A stretch of DNA of 42,689 nt. Origin: Staphylococcus phage IME1346_01. The position numbers and the translations under genes were made by a program. The DNA lies in the sequence record KY653125.1. One strand, 5' to 3'. The notes beneath the pieces are model-generated. The model was not told where the DNA came from. It did no database searches and worked only from the letters and a program-made list of their open reading frames with translations. How positions within the stretch are numbered: the stretch's first letter is position 1; every line of letters begins with the position of its first letter. Of this stretch, positions 7,350 to 16,123 are shown piece after piece.

Positions 7350-8121
7350 AAAAACTAATCAAGATGTCGATATCTTAACGCAACTAGGTGTAAAAGACAT
7401 CAGCAAACAAAATGCAAACAAGTTTTATAAATTTGCGATATACGGCAAGTTCGGGACTGGTAAAACTACGTTTTTAACAAAAGATAACAACGCCTTAGTA
7501 CTAGATATAAATGAGGACGGAACAACGGTAACAGAAGATGGGGCAGTTGTGCAGATTAAGAATTACAAGCATTTTAGTGCAGTGATTAAGATGTTACCTA
7601 AAATTATTGAACAACTCAGAGAAAACGGAAAACAAATTGATGTTGTAGTGATTGAAACAATCCAAAAGCTACGTGATATCACTATGGACGACATCATGGA
7701 CGGAAAATTAAAGAAACCAACATTTAATGATTGGGGCGAGTGTGCTACACGCATTGTAAGTATTTATCGTTATATTTCTAAATTACAAGAACATTATCAA
7801 TTCCATCTTGCTATAAGTGGACACGAGGGAATTAACAAAGACAAAGATGATGAGGGTAGCACTATCAATCCAACAATCACGATAGAGGCACAAGATCAAA
7901 TAAAAAAAGCGGTCATCAGTCAATCTGATGTGTTAGCAAGAATGACAATAGAAGAACATGAGCAAGACGGCGAAAAAGCTTATCAATATGTTCTTAACGC
8001 TGAACCATCAAACTTATTCGAGACAAAGATAAGACACTCAAGCAACATTAAAATTAACAACAAACGTTTCATTAATCCAAGTATTAACGACGTAGTACAA
8101 GCAATCAGAAATGGAAACTAA
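7342..8121 (+). CDS. RecA-like P-loop ATPase, Sak4-type phage recombination/NTP-binding protein
   Basis: Walker A (GKFGTGKTTF) and Walker B (VVVIET) motifs, sitting in the recombination module. Confidence 0.6.
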   Translation: MTEKTNQDVDILTQLGVKDISKQNANKFYKFAIYGKFGTGKTTFLTKDNNALVLDINEDGTTVTEDGAVVQIKNYKHFSAVIKMLPKIIEQLRENGKQIDVVVIETIQKLRDITMDDIMDGKLKKPTFNDWGECATRIVSIYRYISKLQEHYQFHLAISGHEGINKDKDDEGSTINPTITIEAQDQIKKAVISQSDVLARMTIEEHEQDGEKAYQYVLNAEPSNLFETKIRHSSNIKINNKRFINPSINDVVQAIRNGN

Positions 8122-8151
8122 TAAAAAAACTAAAAAGGACGGTATTTAATT

Positions 8152-8703
8152 ATGAAAATCACAGGACAAGCGCAATTTACTAAAGAAACAAATCAAGAAA
8201 AGTTTTATAACGGCTCAGCAGGGTTTCAAGCTGGAGAATTCACAGTGAAAGTTAAAAATATTGAATTCAATGATAGAGAAAATAGATATTTCACAATCGT
8301 ATTTGAAAATGATGAAGGCAAACAATATAAACATAATCAATTTGTACCGCCGTATAAATATGATTTCCAAGAAAAACAATTGATTGAATTAGTTACTCGA
8401 TTAGGTATTAAGTTAAATCTTCCTAGCTTAGATTTTGATACCAATGATCTTATTGGTAAGTTTTGTCACTTGGTATTGAAATGGAAATTCAATGAAGATG
8501 AAGGTAAGTATTTTACGGATTTTTCATTTATTAAACCTTACAAAAAGGGCGATGATGTTGTTAACAAACCTATTCCGAAGACAGATAAGCAAAAAGCTGA
8601 AGAAAATAACGGGGCACAACAACAAACATCAATGTCTCAACAAAGCAATCCATTTGAAAGCAGTGGCCAATTTGGATATGACGACCAAGATTTAGCGTTT
8701 TAA
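8152..8703 (+). CDS. SSB-like protein (possibly DUF669) with a Q/N/G-rich tail that ends in the acidic tip DDQDLAF
   Basis: Lies directly downstream of the Sak4-like gene. The C-terminus resembles the SSB tail and its DDDIPF-type tip. Confidence 0.4.
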   Translation: MKITGQAQFTKETNQEKFYNGSAGFQAGEFTVKVKNIEFNDRENRYFTIVFENDEGKQYKHNQFVPPYKYDFQEKQLIELVTRLGIKLNLPSLDFDTNDLIGKFCHLVLKWKFNEDEGKYFTDFSFIKPYKKGDDVVNKPIPKTDKQKAEENNGAQQQTSMSQQSNPFESSGQFGYDDQDLAF

Positions 8704-8715
8704 GGTGTGGTTTAA

Positions 8716-8910
8716 ATGCAATACATTACAAGATACCAGAAAGACAATGACGGCACTTATTCCGTCGTTGCTACTGGTGTTGAACTTGAACAAAGTCACA
8801 TTGACTTACTAGAAAACGGATATCCACTAAAAGCAGAAGTAGAGGTTCCGGATAATAAAAAACTATCTATAGAACAACGCAAAAAATATTCGCAATGTGT
8901 AGAGATATAG
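8716..8910 (+). CDS. hypothetical protein
   Basis: 64-aa ORF. Confidence 0.4.
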   Translation: MQYITRYQKDNDGTYSVVATGVELEQSHIDLLENGYPLKAEVEVPDNKKLSIEQRKKYSQCVEI

Positions 8911-9386
8911 AACTTCACTGGGGAGAACCGGTGGAATCAATTAGAAAATTATTACAAACAGAATTGGAAATTATGAAAGGTTATGAAGAAATCAGTCTGC
9001 GCGACTGTTCTATGAAAGTTGCAAGGGAGTTAATAGAACTGATTATAGCGTTTATGTTTCATCATCAAATACCTATGAGCATAGAAACAAGCAAGTTGTT
9101 AAGTGAAGATAAAGCACTATTGTATTGGGCTACAATCAACCGCAACTGTGTAATTTGTGGAAAGCCTCACGCAGACCTAGCGCATTATGAAGCAGTCGGC
9201 AGAGGAATGAACAGAAACAAAATGAATCACTACAACAAACATGTATTAGCGTTATGTCGCGAACACCATAACCAGCAACATGCGATTGGCGTTAAGTCGT
9301 TTGATGATAAATATCACTTGCATGACTCGTGGATAAAAGTTGATGAGAGGCTCAATAAAATGCTGAAAGGAGAGAAAAAGGAATGA
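8895..9386 (+). CDS. HNH/zinc-binding nuclease-like protein (PVL ORF50-like / DUF968-type)
   Basis: Carries a CxxC...H...CxxHH motif (CVICGKPH...HY...LCREHHNQQH). Confidence 0.45.
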   Translation: MCRDIELHWGEPVESIRKLLQTELEIMKGYEEISLRDCSMKVARELIELIIAFMFHHQIPMSIETSKLLSEDKALLYWATINRNCVICGKPHADLAHYEAVGRGMNRNKMNHYNKHVLALCREHHNQQHAIGVKSFDDKYHLHDSWIKVDERLNKMLKGEKKE

Positions 9387-9532
9387 ATAGACTAAGAATA
9401 ATAAAAATAGCACTCCTAATCGTCATCTTGGCGGAAGAGATTAGAAGCGCTAAAAAAATTAAAAAATTTACCCCTGAGGATTCTAAAGGTTTTCCTGATA
9501 TAACAAAAGATTCAATAAAAGAACCTAAATAA
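9383..9532 (+). CDS. possible 49-aa protein (MNRLRIIKIALLIVILAEE...)
   Basis: Not in the ORF track. Its ATG overlaps the upstream stop (ATGA). Confidence 0.25.
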   Translation: MNRLRIIKIALLIVILAEEIRSAKKIKKFTPEDSKGFPDITKDSIKEPK

Positions 9533-9806
9533 AAATATTATGGTTGATAAAATCCCATTGTTCTTTTGTTAACCACCCTTGTTTGTTATTGACTATTTCT
9601 GTAACAAACAGCTTATCTCCAGAATCGAGATAAGGTTTCAACTTTTCTATCATTTCTGAAGTTGATAAAGAAGAACGGAATAAAAATGAAGATTTCCAAT
9701 AATTGCAATGACCATTAGAAATTTCCTTTTTTATAACATTTCTCAATTCCTCATATTTTTGTCCGGGTGAGTTTAAATCATATGTTAACATATAAGGTTT
9801 TTCCAT
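9525..9806 (-). CDS. hypothetical 93-aa soluble protein; reverse-strand moron 3
   Basis: GGGGGTG RBS. It is immediately followed by a junction-motif copy and has no confident family. Any resemblance to a Cas2/VapD-like alpha-beta fold is weak. Confidence 0.5.
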   Translation of the reverse strand: MEKPYMLTYDLNSPGQKYEELRNVIKKEISNGHCNYWKSSFLFRSSLSTSEMIEKLKPYLDSGDKLFVTEIVNNKQGWLTKEQWDFINHNIFI

Positions 9807-9836
9807 ATTTTATTCACCCCCAATCTAACGCAGTAG

Positions 9837-9861
9837 CGATAACAAAATTATACCAGAAAGG
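9837..9861. repeat. junction motif copy 3 (GATAACAAAATTATACCAGAAAGGA, 22/25 identical to copies 1 and 2)
   Basis: Seen in the sequence. Confidence 0.5.
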
Positions 9862-9872
9862 AGATAACGAAA

Positions 9873-10642
9873 TGGCAACATTTAGAGTTTACAAAGAATC
9901 AGGTAACTTTGTCACAGTACACAAAGATTTTATACATGATTCTAATATAAGTTGGAAGGCTAAAGGTATTCTACTTTATTTGTTAAGTCGACCTGATAAC
10001 TGGCAAATTTACGAAACAGAACTAGAGCAACATTCAACTGATGGACTTAGCGGTTTAAAGAGTGGAATCAAGGAACTGGAAGAAATTGGATACATTCAAC
10101 GTAGTAGAAAACGTGATAAAAGTGGTAGGTTAAATGGTTATGAGTACTTAGTATATGAGCAACCGCACCACATTCGATTTTCCAACGTTGGAAAAACCGT
10201 TAACGGTAAAACCAACAATGGAAAAACCGTTAATGGTAAATCGCATACTACTAATAATAATAGTACTAATAATGATTTAACTAATAATAACAATACTAAT
10301 AATGAAGGAAGTATATTGTCGGGCAACCCGACGGTGTCTTCCATTCCCTATAAAGAAATTATCGAATACTTAAATAAAAAAGCAGGAAAGCATTTTAAAC
10401 ATAATACAGCTAAAACAAAAGATTTTATTAAAGCAAGATGGAATCAAGATTTTAGGTTGGAGGATTTTAAAAAGGTGATTGATATCAAAACAGCTGAATG
10501 GTTAAACACGGATAGCGATAAATACCTTAGACCAGAAACACTTTTTGGCAGTAAATTTGAGGGGTACCTCAATCAAAAAATACAACCAACTGGCACGGAT
10601 CAATTGGAACGCATGAAGTACGACGAAAGTTATTGGGATTAG
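9873..10642 (+). CDS. phage replisome organizer (N-terminal winged-helix replication initiator domain plus C-terminal DnaD-like domain)
   Basis: Start chosen at the ATG after AAAGGAGATAACGAA. There is an Asn-rich low-complexity linker in the middle and a DnaD-like C-terminal domain (YKEIIEYLNKKAGKHFKHNTAKT...). Confidence 0.7.
10190..10240 (+). repeat. two 21-bp direct repeats GGAAAAACCGTTAA(C/T)GGTAAA (30-bp period) with the embedded palindrome CCGTTAACGG, followed by an AAT-rich tract
   Basis: Located inside the replisome-organizer gene. It is a candidate iteron or origin element. Confidence 0.4.
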
Positions 10643-10651
10643 GGGGATATT

Positions 10652-11431
10652 ATGAAACCACTATTCAGCGAAAAGATAAACGAAAGCTTGAAAAAATATC
10701 AACCTACTCATGTCGAAAAAGGATTGAAATGTGAGAGATGTGGAAGTGAATACGACTTATATAAGTTTGCTCCTACTAAAAAACACCCGAATGGTTACGA
10801 GTATAAAGACGGTTGCAAATGTGAAATCTATGAGGAATATAAGCGAAACAAGCAACGGAAGATAAACAACATATTCAATCAATCAAACGTTAATCCGTCT
10901 TTAAGAGATGCAACAGTCAAAAACTACAAGCCACAAAATGAAAAACAAGTACACGCTAAACAAACAGCAATAGAGTACGTACAAGGCTTCTCTACAAAAG
11001 AACCAAAATCATTAATATTGCAAGGTTCATACGGAACTGGTAAAAGCCACCTAGCATACGCTATCGCAAAAGCAGTCAAAGCTAAAGGGCATACGGTTGC
11101 TTTTATGCACATACCAATGTTGATGGATCGTATCAAAGCGACATACAACAAAAATGCAGTAGAGACTACAGACGAGTTAGTCAGATTGTTAAGCGATATT
11201 GATTTACTTGTACTAGATGATATGGGTGTAGAGAACACAGAACATACTTTAAACAAACTTTTCAGCATTGTTGATAACAGAGTAGGTAAAAACAACATCT
11301 TTACAACTAACTTTAGTGATAAAGAACTAAATCAAAATATGAACTGGCAACGTATCAATTCAAGAATGAAACACAATGCAAGAAAAGTAAGAGTAATCGG
11401 AGACGATTTCAGGGAGCGAGACGCATGGTAA
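10652..11431 (+). CDS. DnaC/IstB-like AAA+ helicase loader
   Basis: Walker A (GSYGTGKSHLAYAIA) and Walker B (LLVLDDMG) motifs. Confidence 0.8.
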   Translation: MKPLFSEKINESLKKYQPTHVEKGLKCERCGSEYDLYKFAPTKKHPNGYEYKDGCKCEIYEEYKRNKQRKINNIFNQSNVNPSLRDATVKNYKPQNEKQVHAKQTAIEYVQGFSTKEPKSLILQGSYGTGKSHLAYAIAKAVKAKGHTVAFMHIPMLMDRIKATYNKNAVETTDELVRLLSDIDLLVLDDMGVENTEHTLNKLFSIVDNRVGKNNIFTTNFSDKELNQNMNWQRINSRMKHNARKVRVIGDDFRERDAW

Positions 11432-11583
11432 CCAAAGAATTTTTGAAAATTAAACTTGAGTGTTCAGATATGTACGCTCAGAAACTCATAGACGAGGCAC
11501 AGGGCGATGAAAATAAGTTATATGACCTATTTATCCAAAAACTTGCAGAACGTCACACACGCCCCGCTATCGTCGAATATTAA
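11425..11583 (+). CDS. 52-aa hypothetical protein
   Basis: Not in the ORF track. Its ATG overlaps the 3' end of the helicase-loader gene. Confidence 0.3.
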   Translation: MVTKEFLKIKLECSDMYAQKLIDEAQGDENKLYDLFIQKLAERHTRPAIVEY

Positions 11584-11595
11584 GGAGTGTTAAAA

Positions 11596-11817
11596 ATGCC
11601 GAAAGAAAAATATTACTTATACCGAGAAGATGGCACAGAAGATATTAAGGTTATCAAACATGAAGACAACGTAAATGAAGTTTATTCGCTCACAGGAGCC
11701 CATTTCAGCGACGAAAAGAAAATCATGGCTGATAGTGACCTAAAACGATTTAAAGGCGCTCACGGTCTTTTATATGAGCAAGAGCTAGGATTACAAGCAA
11801 CGATATTTGATATTTAG
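11596..11817 (+). CDS. hypothetical protein
   Basis: ORF with an AAGGAGTG RBS. Confidence 0.5.
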   Translation: MPKEKYYLYREDGTEDIKVIKHEDNVNEVYSLTGAHFSDEKKIMADSDLKRFKGAHGLLYEQELGLQATIFDI

Positions 11818-11827
11818 AGGTGGCACA

Positions 11828-12232
11828 ATGAGTAAATACAACGCTAAGAAAGTTGAGTACAAAGGAATTGTATTTGATAGCAAAGTAGAGTGCGAATATT
11901 ACCAATATTTAGAAAGTAATATGAATGGCACTAACTATGATCGTATCGAAATACAACCGAAATTTGAATTACAACCTAAATTCGGGAAACAAAGATCGAT
12001 TACGTATATAGCCGATTTCTCTTTGTGGAAGGAAGGGAAACTGGTTGAAGTTATAGACGTTAAAGGTAAGGCGACTGAAGTTGCCAACATCAAAGCGAAG
12101 ATATTCAGATATCAGTATAGAGATGTGAATTTAACGTGGATATGTAAAGCGCCTAAATACACAGGTCAAGAATGGATGGTATATGAGGACTTAGTGAAAG
12201 TCAGACGTAAAAGAAAAAGAGAAATGAAGTGA
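11828..12232 (+). CDS. DUF1064-type phage protein (PD-(D/E)XK-like nuclease fold suspected)
   Basis: ORF with an AGAGGTGG RBS. The family assignment is from memory. Confidence 0.4.
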   Translation: MSKYNAKKVEYKGIVFDSKVECEYYQYLESNMNGTNYDRIEIQPKFELQPKFGKQRSITYIADFSLWKEGKLVEVIDVKGKATEVANIKAKIFRYQYRDVNLTWICKAPKYTGQEWMVYEDLVKVRRKRKREMK

Positions 12233-12236
12233 TTTA

Positions 12237-12422
12237 ATGCAACAACAAGCATATATAAATGCAACGATTGATATAAGAATACCTACAGAAGTTGAATATC
12301 ATCATTTCGATGATGTGGATGATGAAAAAGATATGCTAGCAAAGCGCTTAGATGACAATCCGGATGAATTACTAAAGTATGACAACATAACAATAAGACA
12401 TGCATATATAGAGGTGGAATAA
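12237..12422 (+). CDS. hypothetical protein
   Basis: ORF. Confidence 0.4.
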   Translation: MQQQAYINATIDIRIPTEVEYHHFDDVDDEKDMLAKRLDDNPDELLKYDNITIRHAYIEVE

Positions 12423-12794
12423 ATGGCGAAAGCAGCAAGAATTGTAAGGATACACGATAAACCTTATAGGTTCAGTAAATTTGAAATGGAATTAATAGAA
12501 AGTCACGGTATAACCGCTGGAATGGTTTCTAAGAGAGTAAAAGACGGTTGGGAACTACATGAAGCAATGGACGCACCAGAAGGTACGCGTTTAAGCGAGT
12601 ACAGAGAAAAGAAAACAATAGAAAGACTGGAACAAGCTAGACTCGAACGCAAATTGGAAAGAAAGCGAAAGAGAGAGGCTGAGCTAAGAAGAAAGAAGCC
12701 ACACTTGTTTAATGTACCTCAGAAACATTCACGTGATCCGTACTGGTTTGATAATACTTATAACCAAATGTTCAAGAAGTGGCAGGAAGTATAA
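12423..12794 (+). CDS. hypothetical protein with a basic coiled-coil C-terminus
   Basis: ORF. Confidence 0.45.
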   Translation: MAKAARIVRIHDKPYRFSKFEMELIESHGITAGMVSKRVKDGWELHEAMDAPEGTRLSEYREKKTIERLEQARLERKLERKRKREAELRRKKPHLFNVPQKHSRDPYWFDNTYNQMFKKWQEV

Positions 12795-13043
12795 ATGCCT
12801 AAAACCGATAGCGCATGTAAAGAATACTTAAACCAATTTTTCGGCTCTAAGAGATATTTGTATCAGGATAACGAACGAGTGGCACATATCCATGTAGTGA
12901 ATGGCACTTATTACTTTCACGGGCATATCGTACCAGGCTGGCAAGGCGTGAAAAAGACATTTGATACAACCGAAGAGCTCGAAACATATATAAAGCAACA
13001 CGGTTTGGAATACGAGGAACAGAAGCAACTAACTTTATTTTAA
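12795..13043 (+). CDS. hypothetical protein
   Basis: ORF. Confidence 0.4.
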   Translation: MPKTDSACKEYLNQFFGSKRYLYQDNERVAHIHVVNGTYYFHGHIVPGWQGVKKTFDTTEELETYIKQHGLEYEEQKQLTLF

Positions 13044-13106
13044 GGAGATGGAAATAATGAAAATCAAAACTGCAAGCATAGAGGTCGAAAAAGTGGAGGT
13101 AGTAGT

Positions 13107-13454
13107 ATGATGCCGAAATTTAGAGCGTGGGATAAAGATAAAAAAGTTATGAGTTTTATTGACGAAATCGATTTTAATAGTGGGTACATTTTGATTTCAA
13201 CAGGTTATAAAAGTTTCAATGAAGTAAAACTATTACAATACACAGGATTTAAAGATGTGCACGGTGTGGAGATTTATGAGGGGGATATTGTTCAAGATTC
13301 TTATTCCGGAGAAGTAAGTTTTATCGAGTTTAAAGAAGGAGCCTTTTATATAACTTTTAGCAATGTAACTGAATTAATAAGTGAAAATGACGATATTATT
13401 GAAATTATTGGAAATATTTTTGAAAATGAGGAGCTATTGGAGGTTATGAGATGA
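13107..13454 (+). CDS. YopX-family phage protein
   Basis: N-terminus KFRAWDKDKKVM... is characteristic of YopX. Confidence 0.65.
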   Translation: MMPKFRAWDKDKKVMSFIDEIDFNSGYILISTGYKSFNEVKLLQYTGFKDVHGVEIYEGDIVQDSYSGEVSFIEFKEGAFYITFSNVTELISENDDIIEIIGNIFENEELLEVMR

Positions 13455-13840
13455 CGGTCACCTTATCAGATGAACAATATAAAAACCTTTGTACTAAATT
13501 AAACAAGTTATTAGGTAAATTTCACAAAGCATTAAAAGAACGTGATGAGTACAAGAAGCAACAAGATGAGCTTATCGTGGATATAGGTAAGTTAAGAGAA
13601 CGTAACAAAGAGTTGGAGAACATGTGGCGCACTCTTAAAAATGAATTGCTTGGAAGATACGAACATTACTGTTTTAAATTTAGAGAACTACACCCTGAGA
13701 GCAAAGCGAACAGGATAGGAGCTCTCTATATAGGAGGTAAAAGCACTGCAGATATTATAATGTCGCGAATGGAAGAACTAGACGGAACAAATGAGTTCTA
13801 CGAATTTTTAGGGCAAATGGAGGAAGACACAAATGAATAA
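13451..13840 (+). CDS. hypothetical coiled-coil protein
   Basis: ORF. Confidence 0.45.
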   Translation: MTVTLSDEQYKNLCTKLNKLLGKFHKALKERDEYKKQQDELIVDIGKLRERNKELENMWRTLKNELLGRYEHYCFKFRELHPESKANRIGALYIGGKSTADIIMSRMEELDGTNEFYEFLGQMEEDTNE

Positions 13841-14087
13841 CCGTGAACAAATAGAACAATCCGTTATAAGTGCTAGTGCGTATAACGGCAATGACACAGA
13901 GGGATTACTAAAAGAGATTGAGGACGTATATAAGAAAGCGCAAGCGTTTGATGAAATACTTGAGGGAATGACAAATGCTATTCAACATTCAGTTAAAGAA
14001 GGTATTGAACTTGATGAAGCAATAGGGATTATGGTAAGTCAAGTTATCTATGAATACAAGGAGGAACTGGAGAATGAAAAAATTTAA
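13833..14087 (+). CDS. hypothetical protein
   Basis: ORF. Confidence 0.4.
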   Translation: MNNREQIEQSVISASAYNGNDTEGLLKEIEDVYKKAQAFDEILEGMTNAIQHSVKEGIELDEAIGIMVSQVIYEYKEELENEKI

Positions 14088-14244
14088 TGTTCAAATCACA
14101 TATACAGGCATGATTGAAGAGGCTATCGAGGCTGAAAGTTTAGAAGAAGCAGAATTTGAGGCTCATGATATTGCGAGAATGGAAGTGCCATTTGATTGTG
14201 ATGAATTTGAAATTAATGTAGAGGTGGAACAGGAAAATGAATAA
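14074..14244 (+). CDS. small acidic hypothetical protein
   Basis: ORF with an AAGGAGGAACTGGAGA-ATG RBS. Confidence 0.4.
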   Translation: MKKFNVQITYTGMIEEAIEAESLEEAEFEAHDIARMEVPFDCDEFEINVEVEQENE

Positions 14245-14773
14245 CACATTAACAATTGATCAATTACAAGAGTTATTACAAATACAAAAAGAGTTCGACG
14301 ATAGAATACCGACGCTGAACTTACGAGATAGCAAGATTGCATATGTAGTTGAATTCTTTGAATGGTTTAATACATTGGAAACGTTTAAGAACTGGAAGAA
14401 GAAACCAGGTAAGCCGTTAGACGTACAACTTGATGAATTAGCTGACATGTTGGCGTTTGGATTGAGTATTGCGAATCAAGTAGGAGTGTCATCAGAAGAG
14501 ATAAAAGAAGCGATTGAATCAAGTTTTAAAAATACAGAATTTCACAAAATGTTTAATTTTAAAGATAAAGAATTTGCTCAAGACGCAGTTGTTAGTACAC
14601 CACAGATAATATTCAAAGAATTTTATCCCGACCAATTGGCAATTGTAATAGTGATAGACATAGCTTACAACTTATATTCTATCGACCAACTCATTGACGC
14701 ATACAAAAAGAAAATGAAAAGGAACCACGAAAGACAAGATGGAACAGCAGACGCAGGAAAAGGATACGTGTAA
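14237..14773 (+). CDS. dut: all-alpha dimeric dUTPase-like protein (dUTPase_2 family, a candidate SaPI derepressor type)
   Basis: Its position and size match the dut slot in staphylococcal phages. The motif assignment is from memory and is not certain. Confidence 0.45.
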   Translation: MNNTLTIDQLQELLQIQKEFDDRIPTLNLRDSKIAYVVEFFEWFNTLETFKNWKKKPGKPLDVQLDELADMLAFGLSIANQVGVSSEEIKEAIESSFKNTEFHKMFNFKDKEFAQDAVVSTPQIIFKEFYPDQLAIVIVIDIAYNLYSIDQLIDAYKKKMKRNHERQDGTADAGKGYV

Positions 14774-14809
14774 AGACATCTTAGATCGAGTTAAGGAGGT
14801 TTTGGGGAA

Positions 14810-14983
14810 GTGAGAGAACGCACTAAAATTATATATCGTGGTTGGAACAAGGAGATATTTATTTTACAGGGTAAAAATATGAATGTTATTGGTTTGCGCC
14901 AAATATTTGATGAACTCAAAAGATTGTACGAAGGTTATAAAATCGTTGTTATTCCAATAGAAGTTGATTTTGAAATCAAATAA
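14810..14983 (+). CDS. small hypothetical protein (GTG start)
   Basis: Not in the ORF track. AGGAGG RBS 10 nt before the GTG. Confidence 0.3.
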   Translation: MRERTKIIYRGWNKEIFILQGKNMNVIGLRQIFDELKRLYEGYKIVVIPIEVDFEIK

Positions 14984-14999
14984 ATAGGAGTGATGAGAA

Positions 15000-15206
15000 G
15001 TGACACAATACTTAGTCACAACATTCAAAGATTCATCAGGACTACCACATGAACATTTTACTGCTGCTAGAGATAATCAGACGTTTACAGTTGTTGAGGC
15101 GGAGAGTAAAGAAGAAGCGAAAGAGAAGTACGAGGCACAAGTTAAAAGGGATGCAGTTATTAAATTAGGTCAGTTGTTTGAAAATATAAGGGAGTGTGGG
15201 AAATGA
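15000..15206 (+). CDS. hypothetical protein
   Basis: ORF with an AGGAGTGATGAGAA-GTG RBS. Confidence 0.4.
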   Translation: MTQYLVTTFKDSSGLPHEHFTAARDNQTFTVVEAESKEEAKEKYEAQVKRDAVIKLGQLFENIRECGK

Positions 15207-15352
15207 TTAAGCAAATATTAAGATTATTATTCTTACTAGCGATGTATGAGCTAGGTAAGTATGTAACTGAGCAAGTATATATTATGATGACAGCTAATGA
15301 TGATGTAGAGGCGCCGAGTGATTACGTCTTTCGAGCGGAGGTAAGTGAGTGA
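15203..15352 (+). CDS. 49-aa small hydrophobic protein
   Basis: Not in the ORF track. Its ATG overlaps the upstream stop. Confidence 0.3.
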   Translation: MIKQILRLLFLLAMYELGKYVTEQVYIMMTANDDVEAPSDYVFRAEVSE

Positions 15353-15552
15353 TGTGGATTACTATGACTATTGTATTTGCTATATTGCTATTAGTTTGTA
15401 TCAGTATTAATAGTGATCGTGCAAGAGAGATACAAGCACTCAGATATATGAATGATTATCTACTTGATGAAGTAGTTAAAACTAAAGGATACAACGGGTT
15501 AGAAGAATACAGGATTGAATTGAAGCGAATAAATAACGATATTAAAAAGTAA
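15349..15552 (+). CDS. small membrane protein (N-terminal TM)
   Basis: ORF. Confidence 0.4.
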   Translation: MMWITMTIVFAILLLVCISINSDRAREIQALRYMNDYLLDEVVKTKGYNGLEEYRIELKRINNDIKK

Positions 15553-15574
15553 TTTATATTATCGGAGGTATTGC

Positions 15575-16009
15575 ATGTATAACAGGAAAGAAATACGTGA
15601 AATGATAGATAACTACAAGTGGATGAAGAACATAATAGACAGTAAAGTCTACGATAACGAAAGTACATCAATTGCACAATATGGTTATCAATCTGCGATG
15701 CCAAAAGCTAAAGGCACGACTAGCAATAAAGTGTTAGTGAAAGTTATAAACAAAAACAAAGCGCTTAGAAAGTACGATTACTTGATTAAGAAGATAGCGT
15801 TCATTGATGAATATGAAGAATACATCACGAATGAAAAAGATTATCATATTTTACAAATGTTAAAACAACGAGAAAGCCATAATAGGATCATGAGCATTCT
15901 TGATATAGGCAGAGACAATTTTTATTCTAGAGTAAAAGATATAGTAAATATACTTTATAACTTGCAACAAGAAACCGACAGTTCGGACACATCGTACAGT
16001 TCGGACTAA
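15575..16009 (+). CDS. candidate late-gene transcriptional activator (RinA/LtrC/ArpU-type slot)
   Basis: 144 aa. It sits immediately upstream of the packaging module and has a C-terminal HTH-like region. The subfamily is uncertain. Confidence 0.35.
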   Translation: MYNRKEIREMIDNYKWMKNIIDSKVYDNESTSIAQYGYQSAMPKAKGTTSNKVLVKVINKNKALRKYDYLIKKIAFIDEYEEYITNEKDYHILQMLKQRESHNRIMSILDIGRDNFYSRVKDIVNILYNLQQETDSSDTSYSSD

Positions 16010-16077
16010 TTTTGATGCTACATATTGTTTTTTATTATAATTGCTGTGTAGCAAAACATTTATATTTCTTTTGAACT

Positions 16078-16105
16078 CTCACATTAAGTGAGGGTTTTTA
16101 TTTTT
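16078..16105 (+). terminator. weak intrinsic terminator (CTCAC-attaa-GTGAG followed by GGTTTTTATTTTT)
   Basis: 5-bp stem followed by a T-run. Confidence 0.3.
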
Positions 16106-16123
16106 ATAAACAAGAGGTGGAGA

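Noticed and set aside
10240-10320. AAT/ACT-rich microsatellite-like tract
   Set aside because: It is in frame and encodes a poly-Asn/Thr linker inside the replisome organizer. It is a low-complexity coding region, not a separate repeat element.
10138-10344. 68-aa minus-strand ORF (Leu/Val-rich) antisense to the organizer's repeat region
   Set aside because: Produced by the low-complexity repeat. No RBS.
14260-14448. Minus-strand 62-aa ORF
   Set aside because: Antisense within the dUTPase-like gene, no RBS.
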